Source: the human T2T-CHM13v2.0 reference genome, Homo sapiens
Assembly: GCF_009914755.1 (NCBI RefSeq)
Contig: NC_060940.1
Reading direction: 5' to 3' (one strand)
Length of the DNA stretch: 64,000 nt
Made by a program: the position numbers and the translations under genes
The notes under the pieces: generated by a model
What the model was told of the DNA's origin: nothing
Seen by the model: the letters and a program-made list of their open reading frames with translations, nothing else
Database searches by the model: none
Part shown: positions 16,769 to 32,274 of the stretch, one piece after another
Layout of the letters: each line of letters begins with the position of its first letter
Numbering within the stretch: the stretch's first letter is position 1

Positions 16769-19235
16769 GCAGTATGTTGATACTTTTAAGAAAATTAAGA
16801 TATATTTGAATAATAACCATTAATTACAGTAACACAATTAAATCTCTATAATCCATTCGGGCACATAGGGTGATAGAAATAACAGTTTTTAATTTTAAAT
16901 TTTTTTGTAAGGCAGAAACCAGTAAGCATATGTCAAAAACTTTCAGTGGTTTAATCGGTGGGTGCTTTCCTGAATATTTTCCTAAACTCCTTGGAGTTTA
17001 AACTTTTCAAAATACTGCCAAAAACAGTGACAGGGCATTTTAAACTGGTAATGGCCAACAGGTAGGTATAAATACAACTTACGTAGTATTTAGACAACAG
17101 CAGTAATGTACTTTAAACAATACCTTAAGTAACAACGTGGTATAATAATGTTGTACTTCAAATAAAAAGTCAGTTTGCTGCAGAGTACACCTTTCCTGGG
17201 ACAATGCTAAACTTGTAAGTCTTTAATAATTACTTTTACGTATCAGTTTTAGGGACTTTATTATTATGACTTTATTTTTTTTTCATGTAACAATGAGAAG
17301 AGGAGGATAATCTGTTAAACTAAAAGTGCTAGGTCAGTGATAACATAAAAGTTCAAATCAGCAATGTGATAAATGTGGTCTAGCCTTTAAGAAGATGTGC
17401 AATAAAAATTACTTCAAACCTGACAATCAACTCAACATTTTTATATAGACGAAATATGGTACAAGAATAATGGGAGGAAGTAAGAGAGAAAGAGGGAGAG
17501 AGATGTCACAAAAAGATGACAAGAAATGTGAGAAGGATGTTGTAGGCAACACGGAGCTAGGGTGTTTAGCTAAGTGACCAGTCCTAGACCTCTGTGCTTG
17601 TGGAGCAAGGCCTCAGGTTGGTATTTGAAGAATAGACTTAGGGCTAATTTTATGAGTAATATTTTAAGTGACCTCCACACAATATTTTTTTGCCCTCTTC
17701 TACACACTATGACAGGAATACCAAATCTTCAGGATGATGACATTCTAACAGAAAGAATAATGCATGGTAAAAACATTCAGACATTCGGATGAACTCTGAC
17801 AGTCATGGACCAAATCACACATGCTGCATTACACATGGTGAAATGATCTGCAAACAGATATCAAGCATACTAATTAAGTGCTTTGTAAAAATAAATTTCT
17901 CAAAATTTTCATCAAGGATTTTGAAAAAGTCAGGAATGATTAAGTTGGAAAATGCAGTTTCTTTTCTCTTTCCTTTTTTTTTTTTAAAAAAACATGATTT
18001 TAAATTATGATCAAATCTTATAAAACTATGAGAAGAGTTGCTGGCCCATCTCTAGATTGAGAACAAACTGAAATAAATTAGATTTCATGTCCAAAAAAAA
18101 GTAATCCAGCTCAACAACCTGTGTGCCAAGTTTCTCTCATATAATTTGAAACAGTCAAGCAATAAACTCTGAAAAAGGAATTTCTAATGGAAGCCTTGAA
18201 AACACTTGACTCCAGCTTTGCTACTGGGTGCCATAATAAATCCAGAAACCTAAAACCTCAGATACACTGGAGAAGTAAAAACTTTCAGCGGAGCTATGTA
18301 ATGTATAGTCTAATATGAAAGCTTAAGAAGCAAAAACTTTGCTCCAGTGAAAGTTTCATATACTTTATTCCCCAGGCATTCAATTCCCCTCCCCCACCCT
18401 TTGCCAACATTTCATTCCTTGCTACCATATTATGAAAGCTAAAAAAAAGCTTCCTGAATTTTTGAGATAAAAATGTCATAGTATTTAACGTCATTTAGAA
18501 GAGAAGGCTTTAAAACACAAAAGCTAGGCTATGAGATTCGGGGAAGTAGTTAGGTCAAATATTTACGACACAGAATGGAGAGACTGTTTTGAGTAATAGT
18601 TACAGGCTGACCAAATTTGGGGCATAAGGTTGAAAACAACCTTAGGGTTAAAAAAAGCACTCTAGATTTTCTTTTCAAACAGTGGCAGACATTCTGTAGC
18701 TGTATTGTTGAAGGAAATGTAGGTCATTCATAGTTTTTATTAGGGATACACAGATAACAATCAGCAGCAAGGCTATCCCCTATGACTAGGGCTACAGAAG
18801 GCTGCTAGTAAACTGAATAGAATAAGCTTCACTAAAATAGCTGAGGAAAGTCTATTTGAAAGATAATGATTTTGCTCAAAATTGCTACTTGACTTCATAG
18901 GTGAAAACAGTGCTCTCTGATTTAAGATTGCTCAAAGGAAAAAAACTGTCTGTGTATATTTATTTGCCTCTGAATCATTACTTTCCTGTGGTGTTGGGTC
19001 AAACTATAAATCAGAACTCAGTATTTTCTTACTCTTACCACCCACAGGAATGGAGGGGACAGTTTTGTCAGCTCTCTACATGCATAAAATCACACTCAGT
19101 GGAAGGGTACTCCCAAAGGCTGGTTGGGAACAGGAAGAACTCAAATCCTGGCTCATCTTCTTATAGGGACCATTTTTACGGTCAAGTTTAATGGATTCCA
19201 ACTTGAGATTTACAGTAAAAGAAATGGGAATCTGA

Positions 19236-19400
19236 TTTTTTTTTCCTTTTTTTTTTAGATGGAGTCTCACTCTGTCACCGACGATGGAGTGCAGTGTCGT
19301 GATCTCGGCTCACTGCACCCTCTGCCTCCTGGTTCAAGTGATTCTCCTGCCTCAGCCTCCGGAGTAGCTGGGACTACAGGCATGTGCCACCACACCTGGC
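19236..19400 (-). mobile_element. Alu right monomer (5'-truncated)
   Basis: Poly-T then right-arm sequence. Confidence 0.9.
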
Positions 19401-20224
19401 AGGAATCTGAACCTTACAGTCAATATTTCAGAAAGCCCAATAAGAAACATACATTTACTGGCAATGAAGTTGCAAAACTGAACTAATGGTTTTGTGTTGT
19501 TTTCATTTCTTGATAGAATTGTGCCAATCCAGTGTCATAACGCAGGTTATTTAACAATTAGCAGAAGGAGGGATTGGCATGATACAGGTCTCTTTGAGGA
19601 ATACAAACAGCTAATTTAGTAGGCCAAATCTTTCTGAACACAAGGTCCCTAGAGAGAAAAACAGCTGTTGTTTAAAGGCAGGGAATCATTTACCCATTTC
19701 AATCTAATCATTTTACAGTTCAGGTGGTTAACTGAGGCTCACAGAAGTAAAGAATTTGGCCAGAGACCTTAAGTAATGGAAACAACACTCAAATCTCGCT
19801 CTAAGAGTTAAATTCTTCCCACTCTTCAAAGTTAAATTCTTCCCACTCTTCTAAGTTTTTTCCTCTAAGATCTTCCTAAGTTTTAACTTTCCCTCCACTA
19901 TCATGCATACACTCATATACTAGTAACTATTATCTGTGACAATTTCTGTGGTTTGTATAAAGTGGCAGGAGGCTATGTTAAGTCACTATCAAGGAAATAT
20001 CTTAATGTTAATAATAAAAACATGAGGATAAAAGAAATGGTATTTCAGTGTGAAAATTTTCATTGGGTGAATTCTAAACTGTTCAAAATAACAGTCAGAG
20101 CATGGTGAATATATTTTAAAAAATGACAGATCACTCCCCTGTGTAACAAGGTCTGCATGGCTATCCCTGGTCCCAGTTACCCCTCCATCAGAGAACCAGA
20201 TGTGCCCTTTAAATTAGGGGGTTG

Positions 20225-20895
20225 GGCAATCAGGCAAATCCAAACTGAGGGACATTCTGCATACAACTGTCAATGGGCTATAAAAGAGTGGGGGACCATT
20301 TGAGAACAAAGGATATTTAGAAGACATGATAACTAAATGCAACAACACGTGACCCTCGACTGGATCCTAGATCAAAAGAAAATAAAACAACAACAGCTAT
20401 TACAAAAAGACCAAGCTGCAAAAGACATTATTGGGACAATTGGGGAAATTTGGATATGGACTGTGTATTAGATGCTGTGGCTGTATCATTCATTGTTAAG
20501 TGTTCTGAATGTGATAGCTGTATTGTGGTTATGTAGGAGGATGTCCTTGTTCCTAGAAGATACTTACCCGTAACTGTACAGAGGGTGAAGTGATGTATGC
20601 ACCTAATGGGAGTAAGGAAGGGAGAGAGGTGAAGAGAAGGGAAGTGAGGAATGAGTGAAGAGAAGAGAGAGAGGGAGGGAGAAGGAGAAATAGGAGGGAA
20701 GAGGAGATGAGAGATGTTGAGAGAAGAAAACAGGCTGAGTGAAAGAAGGCTTAAGCAAGAGCAGGCCGAGTGCAAAAACAGGCTTGTTGTACCATTCAAA
20801 AAATATGCTAAGGGGTGAAAGGTTATGTGAGTGCTCACTCAACTATTCTTTCCATTTTTCTGAAGGTTTGCAATTTCTCAAAATGAAAAGTTGGG
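20225..20895 (+). mobile_element. Old L1MC-type 3' fragment interrupted by a GA-rich low-complexity tract (about 20605-20730)
   Basis: aaatccaaactgagggacattct, gacattattgggacaattgggg motifs; similar fragment at about 23160-23520. Confidence 0.6.
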
Positions 20896-23713
20896 CATAA
20901 CCTAGAGTGCTAGAAAGTAATCTTGTATCTGTGCAGAGGGGAAAGAGTGAGCCCTGAAAGCCAAGGCATGGCGCAAAAGGCCTCTCTGTTGCGAGATTTG
21001 ACAGTCGGCTGTCCGCCAAAGGGAAGGCAAGTCAGAGTGTCTGAGATACTTATGGGTTAAATTTCCTCCACTGGGACATTATGGCAGTTACATGATTTCT
21101 AATTAAGAAGGTAAACACCCTAACATTTATTTTAAAAAAACACTTAGTACAAACTAGTTACACATTTGTAAGAGTATAAATATTTTTGGAGTTGAAAAAG
21201 GTCAGTAAATGGTAAAATCATTCTGATTTTAATGTTCATGTACATGTGTTCACTGGTTACTGCTTTGAATTTAATTTAAGACGGCCTTTTTAATAAGCAG
21301 AAAATGTGCATTTTTATATTGTTTAAATTTAATATGGATTTTTCTTCAAAACAACACAGACATTCAGGCTACTTGTAAATGATATAAGATTTTTTGCTAA
21401 TGAGGCATTATGTAGAACATATGCAAAAATCACAACTCACTCTCCCAAAATAGACCACAACAACAGGAAAAAACATGATTTTAATAAAAAAGAGCAGCAC
21501 TGGGCTTTGACTTCAAAGCAATTAAGGGCTTTGGATAACCAAAAGTTTATGTCAAGCTGATGCCAAACCAAACTGGTCTATTAAACACATACTATGAAGA
21601 GTTTCTGTAATATTCTATGAAAAGGCTCTTTGCCATAAATATCAAGCACTGCCACTCTGAAGATTACAACTACGTTAGGTTCATGTTTGAGAACAAGGAG
21701 TCCAACATCCAGATCAGACTTCTAGAATTTCAAATCTGAAATAATGTATCCGTGAAAGAAAAGTTTAAATATGTTTCCCATTTTGTGATTTTTCTCTACA
21801 GTAAATTATACCAAGTTTTATATTCTCCCTAACATTTTTTTCAATAGTTTTCCATTAGTCTCAAAAAAATTGCTGTTACATATAAAATTATAAGCTATGT
21901 GTAAACATTTAAAAAAGGCATTGAACATCCTTATTTTAAGCTATTTCCTCAATTTCAACAACTGTATTTCAAGCAACAATATGCTATTCACTATAGGTAT
22001 CTTTCCTTCTAAGCAAATAACATGTAAATTTTCAATTTTATAAGATCAAGTGAGGTAGGGTACACACTGATTTATTTCTCTGGTCTCTGCAATAAAAGTT
22101 CCTTTGCCTGTAATAGCCATTTTGTCTCTGCTTTAATTCTTGATGTGACAAAAATAGACTGCTACAGAGTAAATAATATAGCCCCCTAAGGAGGGACTTA
22201 CCTCTTCTATGTATACATGTTGGTGTCTCTTGTTGGTAATATTTATAGTAGGAAAGTATGTACCCTTGTCTATCACTCTATTTCTTCTGTTGCTCTAGTT
22301 TCAGGATTGAAGGACTTTTGGGTTTCCCTTTCAGTTAACACTAGCTCCTAAATGATTACATCCCTTTGGAAAAGGGAATGGCCAATACAGTGTCCACCTT
22401 ACACTAAACTTGAGAAATGTAACAGGGAAAGCAATCCTTGATAACCTTGTACTCAGTGGTTCAGTAAAGATGGGGACTGCCCCAAGCTTGAGCTTGGCCC
22501 CTATATGAATTTTTATATTCAGACAATGTCTTAAACATGGCTGTTGGCATTTACTAAGATCACCATATTCAGTGTTGAGAGGTCTGGTCCTTTAGCACTG
22601 TTTCTCACAAGGAACCATTCTTGGTTTTTAAAGTAGGCCAAATCTAAATCTTCTTCCTACAGAAATATGAATAACTCATAGGTATTCAAGCTTATGCTTT
22701 AGCCAGAGTTCAAATTATATCCCCTAATTTAAATATGATTCTCAAAAATATTCATGTTTCTTTTGTCTTGCACTTAGAAGGGTATATAATGTCACTAGAC
22801 ATATAGGATTTCTCATATAATTTAATTTTACACATAGTTTTTTAGGAATAGAATTTTTAGAGATAACACTAATCTGATAAATCTATGAAATATAAAGCTT
22901 CTTATATATTTTTAGCCCACTTTTTTTTTAACAAGTCTGATATTAAGCATCCTTTCTTAGCTTCTTCATACATTACCACATAAGTTTAGTTTGTTAAAAG
23001 ATGAATAAACTCTGAATCTGAAATGAAAAGCCAGAAAATCTTACTTGGTTTTTCTAATAAGAACCTAGGCATACAAGTATGATATCAAACTTGTTGGAAA
23101 GGAGAAAAGTAAGTACAGCAACTAGGTCTGGTTTAAAAAAAAAATCCAGGGAAATAAAAGAGACATAATAACCAAATGCTATGTGTAGAACTTATTTGGA
23201 TTCCAATTCAAATGAACAGTAGAAGGACATCTTCACAGAAGTTTGAATATAAACCAGTTATTAGACGATATCAAAGAACTACTGTGATTTTTGTTAGGTG
23301 TGATAATGGCATGGTAGGTATGTTTTTAAAAATTCCTTTTCAGACAGAAATAGAGGTTGAAGTATTTATCAGTGAGGTGACATGATATCTGGCTGGGGAT
23401 AATTCGAAAAATAAATGTGAGGGGATAGATGAAACAAGATTGGTAAGATGTTAATAGTTGTTAAAGCTGAGTGATGTGTATGTGGGGGTTCAATATACTA
23501 TTCTCTACTTTTGAGTACACTTAGTTCAAAAAAAAAAAAAAGAAAAAAATCCAGAAAGGGAAAAAATAATTCAAGAAAGAATATTTAAAAAGATAAAGTA
23601 TTGTTGAAAGCACAATGTCAAAGCAGAAAATGAATGAACAGGTACTAGGAACCAAAAAATGGCAAAGAAGAATGGGAAATAAAATATCGTACATTATAAA
23701 ATGTCAGAGATGA

Positions 23714-25733
23714 CAAAAACAAGCAATCCCTATTTAATAAGTGGTGCTGGAAGAACTGGCTAGCCATATGCAGAAAATTGAAAACGGGCCCCTTTCTTAC
23801 AACTTATACAAAAATCAACTCAAGATGGATTTAAGGATTTAAATGTAAAACCCGAAACTACAAAAACTCTAGAAGAAAACCTAGGTGATATCCAGTTAGA
23901 ATGGTGATCACTAAAAATTCAGGAAACAACAGATGCTGGAGAGGATGTGGAGAAATAGGAACACTTTTACACTGTTGGTGGGACTGGAAACTAGTTCAAC
24001 CATTGTGGAAGTCAGTGTGGCAATTCCTCAGGGATCTAGAACTAGAAATACCATTTGACCCAGCCATCCCATTACTGGGTATATACCCAAAGGATTATAA
24101 ATCATGCTGCTATAAAGACACATGCACACGTATGTTTATTGTGGCACTATTCACAATAGCAAAGACTTGGAATCAACCCAAATGTCCAACAATGATAGAC
24201 TGGATTAAGAAAATGTGGCACATATACACCATGGAATACTATGCAGCCTTAAAAAATGATGAGTTCATGTCCTTTGTAGGGACATGGATGAAGTTGGAAA
24301 CCATCATTCTCAGCAAACTATCGCAAGGACAAAAAACCAAACACCGCATGTTCTCACTCATAGGTGGGAATTGAACAATGAGAACACATGGACACAGGAA
24401 GGGGAACATGACACACCAGGGACTGTTATGGGTGGGGGTTGGGGGGAGGGATAACATTAGGAGATATACCTAATGCTAAATGACGAGTTAATGGGTGCAG
24501 CACACCAACATCGCACATGTATACAATGTAACAAACCTGCACGTTGTGCACATGTACCCTAAAACTTAAAGTATAATAATAATAAAATTAAAAAAAAAAA
24601 AGAAAACCTAGGTGATATCATTCAGCATATAGGCATGGGCAAAGTTTTCACAACGAAGATGCCAAAAGCAATTGCAGCAAAAGCAAAATTGACAAATGGG
24701 ATCTAATTAAACTAAAGAGTTTCTGCACAGCAAAAGAAACTATGAACAGAGTAAACAGACAACCTATAGAATGGGAGAAAATTTCTGCAATCTATCCATC
24801 TGACAAAGGTATAATATCCAGCATCTATAAGGAACTTAAACAAATTTACAAGAAAAAAAAGCCAAACAACCCCATTACAAAGTGGGCAAAGGACATGAAC
24901 AGACACTTCTCAAAAGAAGACATCATGTGGCCAAAAAAACATAAAAAAAAAGCTCAACATCACTGATCATTAGAGAAATGCAAGCCAAAACCACAATGAG
25001 ATACCATCTCACACCAGTGAGACTGGCGAGTCAAAAAACAACAGATGTTGGTAAGGTTATGGAGAAAAAGGAACACTTTTACACTGTTGGTGGGAGTGTA
25101 ATTTGGTTCAACCATTGTGTAAGACTGTGTGGTGATTCCGCAAAGACCTACAGGCAGAAATACCATTCGACAAGGAAATCCCATTACTGGGTATATACCT
25201 AAAGGAATATAAATCATTCTATTATAAAGACACATGCACACGTATGTTCATTGAGTACCAGTCACAATAGCAAAGACATGAAATTGACCTAAATGCCCAT
25301 CAATGATAGGCTAGATAAAGATAATGTGGTACATACATACCATGGAATACTATGCAGCCATAAAAAGGAATGAGATCATGACCTTTGCAGGGACATGGAT
25401 GGAGCCAGAGGCCACTATCCTTCACAAACTAATGCAGAAACAGAAAACCAAACACTGCGTGTTCTCACTTTAAGTGAGAGCTAAATGATAAGAACACATG
25501 GACACATAGGGTGGGGGGAACAACACACACTGGGGCCTGTCGGAGGGTGAGGGGTGGGAGGAGGGAAAGCATCAGGAAGAACAGCTAGTGGACGCTGGGT
25601 TTAATATCTGGGTGACGGGATTATCTGTGCAGCAAACCACCATGGTACACATTTATCTATGTAACAAACCTACACATCCTGTACATGTACCCCTGAACTT
25701 AAAAGTTGGAAATTATAACAAAAAAAGTTTTTT
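23714..25733 (+). mobile_element. Older 5'-truncated L1PA (ORF2 3' part + 3'UTR), interrupted by a younger L1
   Basis: L1 ORF2-like peptides in the ORF track; flanking TSD AATGTCA(G/T)AGATGA at 23700-23713 and 25734-25747. Confidence 0.9.
23893..24600 (+). mobile_element. Younger 5'-truncated L1PA (ORF2 C-terminus, 3'UTR, poly-A)
   Basis: ORF 23901..24374 = L1 ORF2p C-terminus (..HRMFSLIGGN); GAG rather than ACA at the Ta-diagnostic 3'UTR site; 20-nt TSD. Confidence 0.95.
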
Positions 25734-26243
25734 AATGTCATAGATGAAAAGGCAGCAAGGAGACTATCTACAGGACCAACTGTAATCTTATCACAGCCAA
25801 CAGATTGCAATCCAAACTTGGAATATTAGGGATCTTTTTGGGATTACAAACTGGTACCATATTATGGAATTTACTATCTTTTAAGGTTGAAAAAAGTAAT
25901 GCTGGACTTATGTACAAGATATGCCAACAGTTGAGTTCTTGTCACCCATATTTCTCTCAGTAGTTATAATCAAATGGTATCAGAACTTCCTGCAATCTTG
26001 GCAAATGGGGTAAATGAACATAGAAAACAAGATGAGGGTGATTTCCACGCATCAGAAGCTGCTTAAAAGCACAGCAGGTTAGGGAAAACTGTCTTTAGAC
26101 TAGAGTTCTTGACAGCAGTTAGTAGGTCGAGCATAGGCTTATATGAAGAATGTTAAGTAAAAACATGATTTTTAAATAGACTAGATAAACTTATCCTTTT
26201 ATGGCACATGATAAAGTATTTTAAACTAATTTTGACCTTATCA

Positions 26244-26459
<216 letters not shown>

Positions 26460-27673
26460 TCAATAGTTAAGATCAGTGCAAAGAAAGTTCTTCATGAAAA
26501 AGAGCAAGCAGAAGTTAAAAAATTTAGCTTAAGTGCCTCTGCACACAGTGAAATAGTAGCAGATTAAATGTGATGACTTGGAAATACATACGGAACAATG
26601 CAAGATACTGCTTTTTATAAGATAATGTCCTAGGCAATGGATTGGACTTTGGTTTGATTCAATTGAGTAAGTATTTATTGTGGAGTACACCTACTATGTA
26701 TGCCACAATCTGGTCTTCAGAATATTTATATGTCTTTGTTCTTTCATATATGCACATCTGCTTATAACACCCAAATTAACACTTCAGAGAGAGAGGGCAG
26801 GAAATTTGCCAAATATAACTTAGTGGTCTCTGGCATGCATTTATCTCTATCATGTCTGGCAGCATCACACTGTAATGAGTCTCAGGAACCGGTATAAACG
26901 TTGGCTTTTCAGGTGATCATCAGGTAACAAGGTTATGTCTAGTCTTTTATTTTCCTGCAGGCTAATCATTACTGTAGCTGCTATTTAAAATATTCAAAAG
27001 GAAACATTTGAAGACCATATTATTCTTAAGCAACTATCTTAAGTATGATACTGTGCGCCATGTTTTCTTTTCTCATGAAGTATTGTTACTTTTTGATGAT
27101 CCAGGTGAAGGCTTAAAGTGGAACCTTACCTTCATTTGTGTAACTCACAGACACTGAAACCATGAGGCTTGGATTAACTAGAAAAGTAAGCTAAATGTGG
27201 CAGAAGTAACTTTTTTGAAACCATATGATGAAGAATGCAGTGCCATAGAATCATACGAAAACAAAATCTGAAATCCATATGTATCTGATAACTCCAAACT
27301 TTTATGCCACTCCCCAATTCTTTATTTATTTTTTTTAACCAAGAAAAGGGCTAATTGATTCAGGATCTAAAAAAATTACCTGTGATTTTCTGGGAATAAA
27401 AATGTTGCCTCTAAATCTTACACTATTCTAACTGACTGGACTTTATGCCATTCCTCTGAGGGTCAAATTATAATAAAGAAGACTATTACATAAATCCTTC
27501 CATTGAGGCAGCTGGATAAGTTCTTCATTTTCCTTTTTCTGAGAACATGTTATATAACATCTGTTGTTACCCTACAGAACATAGCTGTATTTCAGTGGAG
27601 CAAACTGTTTACATATAAATAAAGGAAAGGGAAGGATAAAAAAAAAAGACATTATCAATAACCAAAGTTCTCA

Positions 27674-27826
<153 letters not shown>

Positions 27827-28944
27827 TTACAGAATTGAAGTTAGAAAAGAAGGATCTTTGATTTGCTATAATAAGGATATTTATAATAAAATCTCTTAAG
27901 TATTAAGAGGTATGTGTTTTATAGTACACAGAATTATAAATACACTGCCAAAGGGAATATGTGATCTCAGCCACCAGTAGGCATTAAATAAAACACAGCA
28001 GCAAGTATTGCTCATTTTACAAATCTACTGTAGAAATCAAATTACCTAGAAATAATTTTATTCAACTTAAGATTTAGACTCCTGCAGTAATTTCTGAAAT
28101 AAATCAGTCTTCTATTCAAGTTTTAACAATGTAAATAGGTTATAAAAACCTGATTTTTTCCCCAGTGTTTGTGATAAGGGTTTTTTAAATTTTTAAATTA
28201 TTCATATTCCTTGCCCTTAAATGTTTAAGTAAAAATGTTTTCTGTATTTTGATTTATTCCACCCCAATAACAAAATCCCTATTTATGAAAAGGTACTTTG
28301 AGAATGGATCATCGCAAGAATTCCTTTAAATAAAACATTTCCCTGCTGCACTTAAAATATAATTTTTCTTATAGAAATCTGTAGAATTTTACAAAGACAG
28401 TCCCATTGTTTAAAATAAGGCATATTCTTAATTATGTGAGTTATTTTACATTTATAGAATAACTAAATATTAGAGTTTAAGGTAGATAAAGCATCACAGA
28501 TGATTAAGGTTTTTAAATGGAGAACAAAACAACAAATTTATTCCTTTAGAAAAGTTAACTTTTTAAACGTGAGATTTCATTGCTCTGCATATTCTCAGTA
28601 AAGAGAAAATTTAAATAAAGAAAAAAGAGAATTTTAACTAGAACAATGGAACTATTACTCGCTCTTTCCAAAGCAGTCAATATCTATTGCTGTAATCCAG
28701 AAGAATAGAAAAGGCTCTGCCTAAAACATTAAAATAGTTTACTGTGTTAGAATTTGCCAATTGTATTATTTTGGCAGTAATGCTAATTCTTACGCTTTTC
28801 CTACATATACCATGAAAAAATTCAACATTACTAGTGGAAATAAAAAATAATCAAAACATATCTTAAAACTTACAGTCTCATGGTGATTTGCCAATGGCTA
28901 TATATATATATATGTTATATATATGTTATATATATATATAAAAC

Positions 28945-29290
28945 CTTTTAAAGATTGATACATAATATTTGTACATATCACTGGGGTACATGTGGTATTT
29001 TGATGCATGCATACAATGTGTAATGATCCAATCAGGGTATTTAGGATATCCATCACCTTGACCATTTATCATTTGTGTTGGGAATATTTCAAATCTCTTC
29101 TGGATATTTTTAAATATTCAGTATGCTGTTGTTGCCTATACAGTCTACTGTGCTATAAAACACTAGAACTTTTTCTTATTTTTTCTATCTAACTGTATCT
29201 ATGTGCCCATTAACCAACCTCCTTTCATCCTCCCCAGCGCCCCATACTCTTCCCAGCCTCTAGTAACTATCATTCTACTCTCTACCAATG
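28945..29290 (-). mobile_element. L1MA-type 3' end fragment
   Basis: ggggtacatgtg..tttgat..atgcatacaatgtgtaatgatc..atcagggta motif. Confidence 0.75.
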
Positions 29291-30035
29291 GTTACATTTC
29301 AAAACCTTTGCTTTACAAAAATCTTTGTTCCGTTGTTTCCTCATAATAAGTATTGTTTCTATATTACATTGATCACACATTTAGCCAGTGCTTTCCATCC
29401 TTTATCCTGACAAGGCACAAACAGAAAACAGTAGTATTTGTATAGCACCTTGATGGTAAAGGTTGCTTGTGGCCAGAGAGGGGTTTTAGGGTTCTTAGCC
29501 AGCCATCCCAGGCTGAGATATTTTCCTGACAAGTCTCGCCTGTCTCAGCCTCAAAGGTAGTCCTGGAGAGCCTGTTAAAGTGTCAGTTTTGGTAATGATG
29601 CTTCAGGTTTACTCATAAAGACGGATTAAGAAAGTATTCATCACTACTTAATGCTTTGTGTCACTTCCATGTCCTGAACTCTATCCTGAACAGTGAGAAA
29701 GGTCTGAATCACCAAGAGAGTACAAATGTAAGGAGAAATTAAAGTATGTAGTCATGTTTTTAAGAGTCTGCTGATCTGTGGCTCTTAATTTCGCTATAGG
29801 GAGAAACTTCCAGCAAACTCTCCTGTCTGAACAGCAATTTATAGCACTAGATTAGCTTGCCATTTTAATTAACATTGACAATATTATGATTTTATCAAAG
29901 AGAAAGTCAAAACTTATTTTTCTCTTCCTAAAGACACTTAAAAGCATGAATAATACAGAAACAAAACTTTTTTTGTGTTAAATGATCTAATTAGACTTCA
30001 GTTTAGATTTAATGTAAAATCTGGGCATTATAGAC

Positions 30036-30331
<296 letters not shown>

Positions 30332-31872
30332 TAGACTCACTTATTTTTAGAGACTGTGTCTCACTACGTCGCCCAGGCTAGACTCAAACTCCTGGGCTCA
30401 AGTAATCTTCCCACCTCAGCTTCTCGAGGACTTTAGGTGTACATCATTGTGCCTAGCTTGAACATTATTTTTATTTAGTATAAAAGATCTTGCAGACTTT
30501 AGAGATCATCTTGCCCAGTTCCAGTTCCAGATGGCAAAACTAAGGTTCAGAGAGGATAGGTCACTTTAAAGGTAAAATATATTATTGTGGGAGCCACCAT
30601 CTCCTGATCTCTTATCTAAGCTGGATTATTACCACTCCATTTTATAGATGGGGAAAATGAGGCTGAGGTCAGTATTATCTTCCATGTAAAAAAGTTACTC
30701 AGTGGCAGAATGTACTTTCTAATTTATAATTCATTATGCTTACTTTAGTTGTATTCAGAGTCTACTGCCAATCTCACATAGCTAGGAGTAGCCAAGCCCT
30801 TTCATCCTGCAGCTGCCTCCTGCCTGTGTGGAGGCCTTATTGACTTCAAAGGAACTCTATCTAGGGAAAAGATAGTGCTAACATTTTGGCTTCAAGAGCG
30901 AACTACAACAAATTTTTCTCCCTTTCTGTTCATAGTGGTTTTTCGTTTTTTTTTTTTTAATTCCTCAAAGAATTGAAACTAAAGTTTTACATGCTACTTT
31001 ACATCCCTAAAAATGTTTGGTCTTTATGTAAAGTATAGTCTAAACAAAAACCAATTAGAGCTAAAACCTAATTTCCTTTCCTACTAGTTGAAATTTTAAA
31101 AACGTTACTTAAGATATTTATTGAATTGTGGTTCCATTATAATAAAGTTTCTCTGTGGGTGAAGAGAATTGAAAATTTTTATTAGAAATATTTATGTTCT
31201 ATATTGAGTCTTGTCTACACAATTTAATTACTTTGCAACTTGGGTACATTTTAGGTTATTAATTTTTAAAGTGAACAAAGTGATTGGCCTATGATCATTT
31301 TTAGAGATGGAAGAGACCTTTATCCTTACTTGTTTCAATCCTTTTACTTTACATGTAAAGAAAACTCAGGGTCAGATTGATTAGGAGACTTGTCTAAGGT
31401 CACCAGCCAGTAAGTGTAGAAATAAGGACCCAACTTTTTAAACCCCTGGTTACATGCACATGCCATGTCATGCTACCGCCATCCAATGAGAAAGATTTCA
31501 ACACTTTTGCAAATTTCGAAAAGGTCTTTGGATGAAGAACTTAAATGTGATCATTCATTACAGTAAATGTGGTCATATGTAAGCAAACTAGCTAGTTTCC
31601 CCACCTGCCTGAGTACAGTGGGTTTAACCAACCCAAACGCAATTCAACTCATTTTACTTAGTTTCACACATCTCTTACATTAAGGTTATGTGGAATGTTT
31701 TTACTAAACAAATTTGAGACTGATCTAGTGATTCTTAAATAATCTTCACTGACAATATTATTTTATCAAAGTAAAAAATTATTTTTCTCTTCCTAAAGAC
31801 ACTTAAAAGCATGCGTAATACAGAAGTAAAACTTTGTGTTTTTTTTGTGTTAAACAATCTAATAAGACTTCA

Positions 31873-32274
<402 letters not shown>

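Noticed and set aside
20428-20842. Ser/Leu/Pro/Phe-rich ORFs
   Set aside because: Product of a GA-rich low-complexity tract
23901-24374. 157-aa ORF with intact-looking sequence
   Set aside because: C-terminus of L1 ORF2p in a 5'-truncated, promoterless copy
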